Of a stretch of 33,608 nucleotides of DNA, positions 1 to 10,400 are shown in pieces. Positions within the stretch are counted from its first letter, which is position 1; each line of letters opens with the position of its first letter. The notes under the pieces were generated by a model. That model was not told the origin of the DNA, did not search any database, and worked only from the letters and a program-made list of their open reading frames with translations. The translations under genes were made by a program, and so were the position numbers. This stretch comes from Octopus bimaculoides (lineage: Eukaryota): NCBI RefSeq assembly GCF_001194135.2, contig NC_068986.1:58830036-58863643 (forward strand). Direction: 5' to 3'.

Positions 1-120
1 AAGAAGAAGAAGAAGAAGAAGAAGAAGAAGAAGAAGAAGAAGAAGAAGAAGAAGAAGAAGAAGAAGAAGAAGAAGAAGAAGAAGAAGAAGAAGAAGAAGA
101 AGAAGAAGAAGACGAAGAAG
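1..120. repeat. (AAG)n microsatellite
   Basis: Perfect AAG array from base 1 to ~111, then decaying. Confidence 0.99.
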
Positions 121-299
121 AAGGATGTCAACGACGACGACGATAGCAGCAACAATAACAACAACGACAATAATAACAATAATCGTGATTTCTTTTATTT
201 GCTACCTGGGCGACGGATGGAGAGGATGATACAAAACAAATTCAAAGTGTGGGATTTTAGACAGAATGGAATGATTTGAAAAAGTACTATACATAATAT

Positions 300-1060
300 T
301 TAATATTAATAAGATGGTGATCCAATTCTTTTGATACAGGATGACCGTGGGATCCTATAGATTCCAACTCACCCTGATCACCATGCGCACCAGTGCAAGT
401 GCTAACTTTCAGTCTAAAAGCACTTAACATAGAGTAGGTCCATTCACTCGCGCCATTCTCACTAAATTCACCCACCATTTTGCAAATTTACTAGAGGTTT
501 ACCCCTTCCTCTCCCTCTCACTTTCTGTTCCAAATGGAACTTGAAATTTTCGATAAGGTTTTGGCCGGAAAGGAAAGTATCTGTCTTCAGTACTTTTAGT
601 CGTATCCACAACCTCTTAGCCATAACCATCAGACAGAGGAAAACTCCCTACCCTTCCCAGCCAGAAGAATAAAGCCTTCACAATAAGGTCTTCACAATAA
701 AGTCGGACGATAGCTGGATCCTTCTTGCACATGATAGCAGATATAACTCTACAAATCACCAATGATCGAGCATTGTAGGAATGCGTGCAGAACAGTTTGG
801 TCACTCTGCACGCATTTCGGACAGGTGCACCTGAAACTATAAACTATGTAGTTTATTCGAACTGATAATCGCACCTCCAGTAGCAATACCAGGCAAAGGA
901 CTTCTAAGAATTATCCAGGGTTTCATCCCGAAGGTTTTCTGGGAGAAGCTTGCCAGTTGATTTTCGAGTATGTCATCACTCTTACCCGTCACTAATCCAG
1001 TAGATCACCATGGTGGATATCCGCCGACCGCCGCGCCCGACTGGCAGAGGGACGCTAAGC
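300..1060 (-). mobile_element. Tx1/L1-clade LINE, 3' part of ORF2 plus probable 3' UTR (decayed)
   Basis: Manual minus-strand translation gives a CCHC knuckle TCPKCVQSDQTVLHAFLQC (~770-830), then VFLCLMVMAKRLWIRLKVLKTDTFLSGQNLIENFKFHL and KWWVNLVRMARVNG, typical of a Tx1 ORF2 C-terminus. Stops and frameshifts are present. The 3' boundary is approximate. Confidence 0.8.
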
Positions 1061-1067
1061 ATTGATG

Positions 1068-1635
1068 GACTATTAATACTTCGCGGCTGTTCTTACGGCG
1101 GCAGGTTTCGGCCCTATCTACCGTGGTTGGACTGCTGCAATGTACTACGACACTTACTTGCTCGTTTGGATAAATGGTCACCTACCGGAACCATTCAATA
1201 TCATATGTTCTGTCCACCAAGGCTGTTTCTTTACATCTCTTCACATCCCTTATGTATATACTGACTCAAGTCACTACTGTGGCAACTAAAGGCAGTGAAG
1301 GGCATCCCTCCTGAAGTAAGATGTGAAAGAACTGTGCCAGCATACGCGGATGACATCAGCGTCACAGCGTCGGACACAAGATACATCGAAGTGATCAACA
1401 TTACTCTAAAGGACTACTAGGCGGCGACTGGGTTAAAATCAGCCAAAAATGTCAGTGGGCCTGCAGCTCGGCACATGGCGAGGCAGGCCTATGTCGTCCA
1501 ACAACTTCTTGGGGTACAAGACGATGGTTGAATTACTCAGGATCTGGTTGGCCCAGATCTCCAAGTGGTCAAGAACTGGAGTGATGTGACGAGTAGAGTA
1601 GCTAGTCTCTCCTAGAAATGGGTCGAGATGTGGCA
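1068..1635 (+). mobile_element. Tx1/L1-clade LINE reverse transcriptase fragment, inverted relative to the adjacent 3' segment
   Basis: AVLTAAGFGPIYRGWTAAMYYDTYLLVWINGHLPEPFNIICSVHQGC, then AYADDISVT (YADD at 1343-1354), then frameshifted VGLQLGTWRGRPM and KNWSDVTSRVASL. In-frame stops are present. Confidence 0.9.
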
Positions 1636-2322
1636 ATCAGCATTTTAGCGGCAGCCGGATACACAGAGAATATTACTACGATTGCCAGGCCAATTTGTTT
1701 ACCATGGAAATAGAGACCGCTTCATTTGTCGCTTCAACTTTCTTTGTTCTGATCCAACAAAGCGGAAGAGGCCCAAAGCGGTGATTCAACCGAGTAGAAA
1801 TAATAGCCAAACTTATTCAAATCACATTTCCAACCGTTTCACAGCAAAGGCAGATTAGATAATGTGGTCTTGAGTTCCCTGCAGAAAAGAAAAAGGACAG
1901 CACATTCAATACTGGAAAGCCATTCATCATAGGTTTGCCTGATCATGATTGGGGTCAAACCACAGCGACTGTAATTATTAGAAAACTCTTATCAATGTTC
2001 AGCCAACACCAGTTATTTCTATTACCATTGGGTTCAAAGATACATTTGTCTCGCTATAATGCATGCTTGCGCTGCTAGCCGTCCTCAGCCCTCGTCGCAG
2101 CAAGTAGTGGTTGCGTCATAGCCTCCGAGATGTTCCTGTCAGAATAAAATGTGTAATAATATATATATAAGAAACAAACCCTATTGTCATATTTTTGTTT
2201 ATAGTTGAATATTTTGATTTTTTCTCCAATATTTTCTTTTTATTACTGACCCAGGAACCATATGTCTGCTGTTACTTCCCCCATCCTCTTTCTTTATATC
2301 ACCCTCTTTCTCTCACTTACAG

Positions 2323-3030
2323 ATAGAGAGAGAATGCGTGCCCTTCTTTGCTGTACGTCTCACGAATGAACCTTTTTTTAGACCGAATACTGACTGGTGA
2401 CGAGAAATGAGTTCTCTATAAAAATGTCAAGCGCCGAAGGCAGTGTGTAGGGAAGGAGAAACACCGGCACCCCAGGCTAAAGAAGGTCTTCATCCACATA
2501 AGGTGTTGTTATCTGTTTGGTGGGATATGAAAGGTTTAGTCCACTTTGAACTTTTAAACCCAAATCAAACGATAACAAAGGAGATCTACTGCGAGCGGCT
2601 TGAGCAGCTTAAGTCAGCGCTAGAAGAAAATTGACCATCTTTGGTTTCAAGACGAAAGCTGTGCGTTCATCAGAATAATGCTCGGCCACACAGCAAGGAT
2701 GACATTCCAAAGGCTGGAACAGTTTGAATGGGAAACGATGCCCCACCCACCATATCACCAGATATTGTCCTATCTGATTATTATTGATTCTGCAGTTTTC
2801 AAAATCATTTGGACGGAAAAAATATGCATTCTGTAGACGATGTCAGAACAGTACTGGAGGAGTATTTATCGTGAACTTTGAAAGAGGAGCCTTGCAAATC
2901 TACCAGATAGATGGAAGAACATCATAGAAAATGAAGGAGAGCACCTTTCAGATAAAAAAAGAACTTTGTTTATCTTAATTTCGAAAAATAAAAGATGTAT
3001 TAAAAAACCGCATTATTTATGGGATGACTA
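2323..3030 (+). mobile_element. mariner (Tc1/mariner, DD34D-type) transposase remnant with 3' terminal inverted repeat
   Basis: NEPFLDRILTGDEK* (first D at 2399), LHPHKVLLSVWWDMKGLVHFELL, HQNNARPH (2668-2691, D>N) and frameshifted PHPPY(S)PDIVLSDYY (~2741-2780). Ends in a mariner-like TIR AAAAACCGCATTATTTATGGGATGAC followed by TA. The 5' half is missing. Confidence 0.93.
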
Positions 3031-3101
3031 TATATTCACACCCATACACACACATGTATGTATATATACATACAATACATGCACACATATATGATTATGC
3101 T

Positions 3102-3135
<34 letters not shown>

Positions 3136-3340
3136 TTTGTGTCTGTTTTTGTCCTACACCACCTCTTGACAACTGGTGTTGATGTGTTTACGTCCCCGAA
3201 ATCTATGGGTTCGGCAAAAAAGTGACCGATAGAATAGGGACCAGTCTTTAAAAATATGTACTGGGGTCGATTCATTTGACTGAAATTCATCAAGGTGGTG
3301 TCCCAGCATGGCCACAGTTTAATCAGTGATACAAATAAGA
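3031..3340 (+). mobile_element. SINE family C: internal TA/TG microsatellite plus 3' half
   Basis: (TA)/(TG) tract, then ...GGTTCGGCAAAAAAGTGACCGATAGAATA...CTGGGGTCGAT...AAGGTGGTGTCCCAGCATGGCCACAG. Clearly homologous to 29886-30085. Confidence 0.8.
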
Positions 3341-4175
3341 AGTACATGTTCTCAAACCAAATGAAAACGTCGAATTCCTATATACAGCCTCCTTCTCCCT
3401 CTTTTTATTCTTTCTTCCTCCTCTGTTTCTCTCTCCCTCCCCCCTCTCTCACTAATACCTTTTATATTTAATAATTTTTTCCCTTTCACCTCCACCTCTA
3501 CCTCCACTATTATCATGACCATCACTATCATCACTATGGCTACCATTAACACCTACCCGCCTCCACTGCCATCACCACCACATGACAATGTAAAAACTTT
3601 ATGAAGACAAATTACTTGAAATAAGTTATCTATACACTGCATCCCCTTTTCTCAACTGACACAGCCTCCTTTTTCTCTCTCCTTACTAACAACAGCGCAC
3701 GACACCACATGTCTTTTTTCTATCTTACTCCTACAGGCCAACGTAGCCTGATGGGACTCTTGCCTATCTCTTGTCACTGCTATTGTTGCTGTTATTGTAT
3801 TTTGTTTCATTTCGTTCTAAAGTTTATCTGTAGACAATCTTAGAAGTAAAATGCAAATATTAAAACATTTTCTGAGAAGATTGGATGTTGGGAGATTAAA
3901 TATTACTGAAGAGTTGTTTTTTTGGTGGGAAGCGAGCAGAGGTAAAATAAAACGGGGGGAAATGTCAGGGGAAAAAAGACTGTATGGAAGAAAATAGCTG
4001 GTAAAAAAGTGAAGAATGACTAAAAGTTGAGAAGTGAATGATAAACAGTTAGAGAAAGAGAGATGGAGGGAGAGGGAGAGAAAATTGAAAATGGTAATAA
4101 GAAAAGTAAAGAGTGATAGAAAAAGATAATATAGAAAATTAATAACTAGATAACGATGATTTCATTTAGCTATAG

Positions 4176-4362
4176 GTACAAGGCCCGAAATTTTGAAGGA
4201 GAGGGCCAGTCGATTAGATTGACCCCAATACGCAATTGGTATTTATTTTGCCAACATCGAAAGGATGAAAGACAAAGTCGACCTCGGTGGAATTTGAACT
4301 CAGAACGTAATGACAGGCGAAATGTTGTTAAGCATTTCGCCTAGCGTGCTAACTATTCTGCC
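4176..4362 (-). mobile_element. tRNA-derived SINE family A
   Basis: Reverse complement reads GGCAGAATAGTTAGCACGCTAGGCGAAATGCTT...GTTCTGAGTTCAAATTCCACCGAGGTCGACTTTGTCTTTCATCCTTTCG, with a B-box-like GAGTTCAAATTCC. Homologous to the other family A copies in the window. Confidence 0.85.
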
Positions 4363-4450
4363 AAATAATGAAAATTCTCAGAAACGTGATTTTTATAAAT
4401 CTAAATCTGCATTTGTTCTGTTTCTAGAGATCAGTTACCTTCTTAATATT

Positions 4451-4663
4451 GGTTTCAAATTTTGGCACAAGGCCAGCTGTTTCAGGGGAGGGGTAAGTTG
4501 ATTACATCGACCCCTGTACTCAGCTTGTAATTATTTCATCGAGCCCGAAAGGACGAAAAACAAAGTCGACCTCGGTGGAACTTGAACACAGAATATTAAA
4601 ACGGACGAAATGCCGCTAAGCATTTCGCCTGGCATGCAAACGATTCTGTCAGCTCGCCGCTTT
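4451..4663 (-). mobile_element. tRNA-derived SINE family A, full length with target-site duplication
   Basis: Head GCGGCGAGCTGACAGAATCGTTTGCATGCCAGGCGAAATGCTTAGCGG. Flanked by AGTTACCTTCTTAATATT (4433-4450) and AGTTACCTCCTTGATGTT (4664-4681), 15/18 identical. Confidence 0.9.
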
Positions 4664-4697
4664 AGTTACCTCCTTGATGTTATCGATAATATAACAG

Positions 4698-4930
4698 AGA
4701 GGTGCACTGGCAGGATCACTAGCACACCGGGGGAAATACCTCCCGGCAGATGGTCCGTCTTTACATTCTAAGTTCAAATTCCCCCGGGATCGACTTTACC
4801 TTTCATCCTTTCGGGGTCGATAGAATAAGTACCAGATGACAAATAGGGTACGGTGTAGTCGACGCCCCCACCACCACCACCACCACCACCGCCGCCGAAC
4901 TTGCTGGTCATGAACCAAATTTTGGAACCA
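4698..4930 (+). mobile_element. tRNA-derived SINE family A
   Basis: GAGGTGCACTGGCAGGATCACTAGCAC...AAGTTCAAATTCCCCCGGGATCGACTTTACCTTTCATCCTTTCGGGGTCGATAGAATAAGTACCAG. Confidence 0.85.
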
Positions 4931-6207
4931 ATATTATTTAAGCTTTTATTTATGTTTTTACTGATTAATCCGATCTTGCATTTCGCCAGGTTTATTGATC
5001 TTAGTTTTGATTCAAAGATGACATTCCCATCATCATCGTCTTTGCCGTCTGTTTCCTATATTCCTAAACATTCTAATCTATTACATAGTTTAAGTTTGCA
5101 TGAGTGAGTTTTTACTTCATTATTTGTGTTATTACAAGTGCGTGGGTTAAACTGTTAGCAATTTTGTTGGCTAAAAGTTTACTGTGCATGTCCTCTACTT
5201 CATCAAGATATTTGGTTGTTCTAAGAAAAGAACGGTGTTTGTGTTTGTGGCGAAAGATTTCTGAATATTTTAATATCAGAGATAAGATACACTCGTCTAC
5301 ACACACAGATATTCACTCACATACAAAAATTCCCATACGCATAGACACATGCATAAATACATACACATAGACACATGCATAAATACATACACAATTATAC
5401 ATACATACATACATACACTCCCACACATATACACATATTGTGGCACGTTACTTTGTAATCTAATCCAGTGCAGCCTGTACATGATCGGATAGTCGGAGAC
5501 GGATTTGGTGCTCCCATCAGGCTCGCTTGCTGGGGAGAGCTGGAAGAAACCCAACATGACAAAAACAAGACCTGTTGAAAGGAATGATGAAGCTAGCATA
5601 AGGGAAATCTAGCAATCATGCACGGAGTCATACAAATCATACAAATACTAGAGATGATGAACGAGCATACAGTAAAACCATTGATGATAACAGTGGTGAA
5701 CCCGCTAGTTTGAGCACATGAGTCTCTTCGGTTGAGTAGAGTTAGTGAATGGAATACTCTGATGTACAATACAATCTAAGAGATTGGTACGGTCTAGTCG
5801 TCTTATCTTTTTGTACCTTTAGAAATTGCTTAATTTACTCAGAAATTGTTTCGCCTACAGTACTAGTTCAATTCACGTAGTTAGTCTTATGGAACTGTAT
5901 CACTCACATGTGATTTCCGCCTACAGTCAGATTATTTTCAAGTCCTTTAGAGATGGAGATTTAGGTTGGGGCACACAAGTTGAACAGACGATGTTTGCAA
6001 TCAAAACCTCGCACACATGCAGCTTAAAACTTATCTTAGCATACTTCCATTATTAGAATAAAGTTCTACACGTTGACTAAGTCGTAAAATGGACACACTC
6101 TGATCAGAAGATGATCAAACTTAGCAGTAAGTACACGGGACAAACGCCGTCACACTATTGATAATGGCATTTATCACTCCATATTTAACACTTAATCTTA
6201 CAAATGT

Positions 6208-6335
6208 TACAAGGCCAGAAATTTGGGAGGAGACAACAGTTAATTATATCGACTCCAGTAACTTACTTGTACTTTATTTTATCGACCCCGTAAGGATGAA
6301 AGGCATATTTGACCTGTGTGGGATTTGAAGTAAGA
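6208..6335 (-). mobile_element. SINE family A, partial
   Basis: TACAAGGCCAGAAATTTGGG...TTATCGACCCCGTAAGGATGAAAGGCATATTTGACC matches the reverse complement of the family A body. Confidence 0.75.
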
Positions 6336-7029
6336 ATCTAGAGAGCCAATCCACTGCTCTATTTTTTTTATTATTACGTGAGTTATGAAATAGTAAACAT
6401 TGAATTATCACTTGCGACAAGGTCCCACATTTTGTAGCGAGAAAGTATCAGCCGGTTTTCTCAATGTCCTTTCACCGAACGGCATTTTACAAACGCCTTA
6501 CTCACTTCTCATGTTTTGTAAAAGAAAAAAATTAGTTGATTATTGTAATCAAACAGAAGTTAATTTTGCGTAGTGTTTTATTATGCATACTATTCCATTC
6601 AGTATGTGCCCTTTTTAGATATTTGTATGGACTAGCGCCTCTGTTAATTTTTTAATGAAAATTACTTAAGAAACCAAGGACTTGCACCATTAGACATGTT
6701 TCTGCGATTGATAACATAACGTCTGACTCATATTTTATTCCCAAAGATGATTTTTTGTTTGAAAATATGTTTCAACTGTAAGTATGGTACCTGGTTTAAA
6801 TATTTTATTTCTAAGATAAATCATGTTCCTCTAAAACCTAGCGTCCCACTTCCCATACCGCACCCTTGGCATTTTCCAGCGTTAAGGATGAAAATAAAGA
6901 GAAGAATGGGGATCATGATCATAATTATAATGAAGATAACAACGTTAATGATGAAGATAATAAATATGATGATCCTCCTTTCACTTCTTGTCATCATTAG
7001 CAGCAGTATCCTGAATAATATTTAATAAA

Positions 7030-7280
7030 AGAATGAATGAATGAATGAATGAATGATGATGATGATAATGATGACGATGATAAAATTACTGTTTGTGTGT
7101 GAAAGAGAAGGTAGAAGACTAATGATGACAATAATGATGATTATGATCGTCATGACATCTATCGTGATCACAGCCTTAATGAAGATAGGAACCTCCCTGT
7201 TTTGCCATTGGATCTCTAGAATCCCCCGCTTTTCTCCTTCCTCCTAAAACAACTATAACTAGCACCACTACCACACCACC

Positions 7281-7312
<32 letters not shown>

Positions 7313-7325
7313 CAACAACAACAGT
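7030..7325. repeat. Compound microsatellites (ATGA)n, (ATG)n, (ACC)n, (AAC)n
   Basis: Directly visible tandem arrays. Confidence 0.9.
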
Positions 7326-7799
7326 AACACCAATGAAGATGATGAGAGCCAATATAAGAGAAAAGCGAGCGATCTCGTCGAAAATGTTACTAAATGTCAT
7401 CACATTGAGGCAGGTTAAATTTAGTCTGATAAATGGTGCGGAACCTATTACATAGCACATAGAACAAGGCGGAGCGAAGAAATTACAAGGTCCAACGAAT
7501 TGGGCAGAGAACTCCAATCGTGTTTGTTCTTCGGTCCTTGTCTTTTAATTTTTATGTTTGTTTTTACCTTTTTATTTCCGTTTTTGGAGGGTGGCTAAGC
7601 CCATCCCCACCATAAATGTTCAGCTTTTTGTTGCTGTTGTTGTTGCAGATATTGTTTCTTTTTGTTTTTGTTGTGTTTTCTTTTGTTTTATTTATTTATA
7701 TATTTGTGTGTGTGCGTGTGTGACTTTTCTATTTGGAGTTAGCTGCTGCTTTGTTGTTTGGTTTGCTTTTTGTCTTCTTGTTTATTGTTGTGTGTCGCT

Positions 7800-7807
7800 T
7801 TATTATC

Positions 7808-7871
<64 letters not shown>

Positions 7872-8062
7872 ATTATTATTATTATTATCATTATTATTAT
7901 TATTTCTTTTTCGTTTCGGTTCATTGCTTTTGTTGATATTGTTGCTGCTGACGNNNNNNNNNNNNNNNNNNNTTATTATTATTATTATTATTATTATCAT
8001 TATTATTATTATTTCTTTTTCGTTTCGGTTCATTGCTTTTGTTGATATTGTTGCTGCTGACG
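7800..8062. repeat. (TTA)n array with a ~87-bp duplication across a 19-N gap
   Basis: 7867-7953 is repeated at 7973-8062 on the other side of N7954-7972; this is probably an unmerged contig overlap. Confidence 0.85.
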
Positions 8063-8538
8063 GTGAAGCGTTGGTAGTGGTGGCGGCGGCGGCGGTGGTG
8101 GCGGTGGCGGTGGTGGTGGGGATGGAGACTGCTGTTGTAATATTTTTATGACTGGTTAGATATTGTAGGTTTAAGAACGAGCGAAGAGGAAGTGTAGGCG
8201 AAAAGCGAGAAATGAGAAAATGAGACAGAGAGATATGGCGATAAAGAAACAGAGACGGTAAAGTAGACATAGAAATAGATAGACAGACAGACAGATAGAT
8301 ATATGGATAGATAGACAGACAGATAGAGAGAGGAAGAGAAAGAAAGATACTAACAGAGAAGTACTGTAATAAACTGCAAAGGACAGAGCGCTCCTATAGA
8401 GCAGAAGAATTACATGAAGATGGAGGGGAGAGGGGAAAATAGGATAGGAAAATGAAAGCAGAAGGAGTGAGGGTAAGAGGAAGCGCGAAAAGAGGAGAGT
8501 AAGAACGAAAAAAATTATACAGATAACAGAGTAGACGC

Positions 8539-8577
<39 letters not shown>

Positions 8578-8663
8578 CCATACACATAGACGCGCACACA
8601 CATATATCATATACATGTACACACATGTATATATGTACATATTTATATATATATATACATACA

Positions 8664-9474
8664 NNNNNNNNNNNNNNNNNNNNNNNNNNNNNNNNNNNNN
8701 NNNNNNNNNNNNNNNNNNNNNNNNNNNNNNNNNNNNNNNNNNNNNNNNNNNNNNNNNNNNNNNNNNNNNNNNNNNNNNNNNNNNNNNNNNNNNNNNNNNN
8801 NNNNNNNNNNNNNNNNNNNNNNNNNNNNNNNNNNNNNNNNNNNNNNNNNNNNNNNNNNNNNNNNNNNNNNNNNNNNNNNNNNNNNNNNNNNNNNNNNNNN
8901 NNNNNNNNNNNNNNNNNNNNNNNNNNNNNNNNNNNNNNNNNNNNNNNNNNNNNNNNNNNNNNNNNNNNNNNNNNNNNNNNNNNNNNNNNNNNNNNNNNNN
9001 NNNNNNNNNNNNNNNNNNNNNNNNNNNNNNNNNNNNNNNNNNNNNNNNNNNNNNNNNNNNNNNNNNNNNNNNNNNNNNNNNNNNNNNNNNNNNNNNNNNN
9101 NNNNNNNNNNNNNNNNNNNNNNNNNNNNNNNNNNNNNNNNNNNNNNNNNNNNNNNNNNNNNNNNNNNNNNNNNNNNNNNNNNNNNNNNNNNNNNNNNNNN
9201 NNNNNNNNNNNNNNNNNNNNNNNNNNNNNNNNNNNNNNNNNNNNNNNNNNNNNNNNNNNNNNNNNNNNNNNNNNNNNNNNNNNNNNNNNNNNNNNNNNNN
9301 NNNNNNNNNNNNNNNNNNNNNNNNNNNNNNNNNNNNNNNNNNNNNNNNNNNNNNNNNNNNNNNNNNNNNNNNNNNNNNNNNNNNNNNNNNNNNNNNNNNN
9401 NNNNNNNNNNNNNNNNNNNNNNNNNNNNNNNNNNNNNNNNNNNNNNNNNNNNNNNNNNNNNNNNNNNNNNNNNN
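8664..9474. other. Assembly gap (N); other gaps at 7954-7972, 13289-13433, 15057-15146, 17215-17289 and 29232-29800
   Basis: Runs of N, each adjacent to a microsatellite on at least one side. Confidence 1.
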
Positions 9475-9521
<47 letters not shown>

Positions 9522-10276
9522 GTATGTATATATATATGACGGAGAGATGGAGAGAGATAGCAAGTCGCTTAATAAACGAAGTTTATAATATAGAACCTTT
9601 CCTACTTCTCCCTCATTTGTTCTTTTCTTTCGTCATCTCTTCTTCTTCTGATCCTCTCTTTTCTCCATATCCCTCTCTAATGTACCGTCATTATACTCAC
9701 ATTGCTCTCCTTTTTTCTACCTTCTCCTTACATATTCACTAACTCACTCTATCTCACTCTGTCTATCTCTCTCTCTCTCCTTCTCTCTCACGCCCTCTCT
9801 CACATACACACTCTGTTTCCCTCACTTTCTCTTTCTGTTTTATAGTGTGCGTATTTATTGCATCATTTGTACATTATTTCTTTGTGACGTTTGATTTGAT
9901 TTGATTTGACATTTTACGAAGACAAAAGAAGAAAAAAAAGTAACGAAAGACATAGAAAGAACAAACAAAATAGACATAGTGACGTCCCCCCACCCATCTG
10001 TTCATTAGGGCTTTTTGAGTTCCTTTGAATTTCTTCGCCTCCCTTCATTAGGTCTTCTACTGTTTGGTTTGCTTTCCCTCTAGTGTAATCAATGACAGTG
10101 CATTCTTATCTCGCCTTAATGATGTTTGGCTGAGGAGGGAGGTGAAGAGAGATCAGTCGGAAGAGTTATATAACTCCCTACATTAATTTCTATGTCCACA
10201 TACATATGTGCTTATGTGCGTTATATGTGTGCGTGTCCGTGCATACATACTCACACACACGCACACACGTAAGCGA

Positions 10277-10400
10277 TGGCACGTGGTCTAGTGATTAGGT
10301 TGTTTGTTTCATGATCGTAATGCCGTGAGTTCAATTCCTGGACTGAGTGGAGCGTTGTGTCCTTGAGCAGAGCTCCTCGCTTCACGTTGGTGCAGTCGAG
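10277..10400 (+). mobile_element. tRNA-derived SINE family B, 5' part
   Basis: A-box-like TGGTCTAGTGATTAG, B-box-like GAGTTCAATTCC, then the CORE-like GTTGTGTCCTTGAGCA...TTCACGTTG shared with the copy at 15186. Confidence 0.75.

Noticed and set aside
2032-2095. Second hammerhead-like pattern on the minus strand (CTGAGGA...GAGAC-AAAT-GTA)
   Set aside because: GAGAC replaces the invariant GAAAC, the loop is not palindromic, stem II is offset by two bases and stem I is mostly G.T pairs. It is at most a decayed relic.
6747-6777. Micro-exon candidates (6747-6777 DFLFENMFQL; 14425-14439 AALFT; 15727 onward HKLSEEQKKF)
   Set aside because: They are short, have weak or ambiguous sites, give no recognisable protein, and are expected by chance at this window size.
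7867-8062. Apparent tandem duplication of ~87 bp
   Set aside because: The copies are identical and sit either side of a 19-N gap, typical of an unmerged scaffold overlap.
8615-9742. ORFs spanning N-gaps (also at 13.1-13.7 kb, 15.0-15.2 kb and 29.1-30.0 kb)
   Set aside because: They consist mostly of X plus dinucleotide repeats and are artefacts of the gaps.
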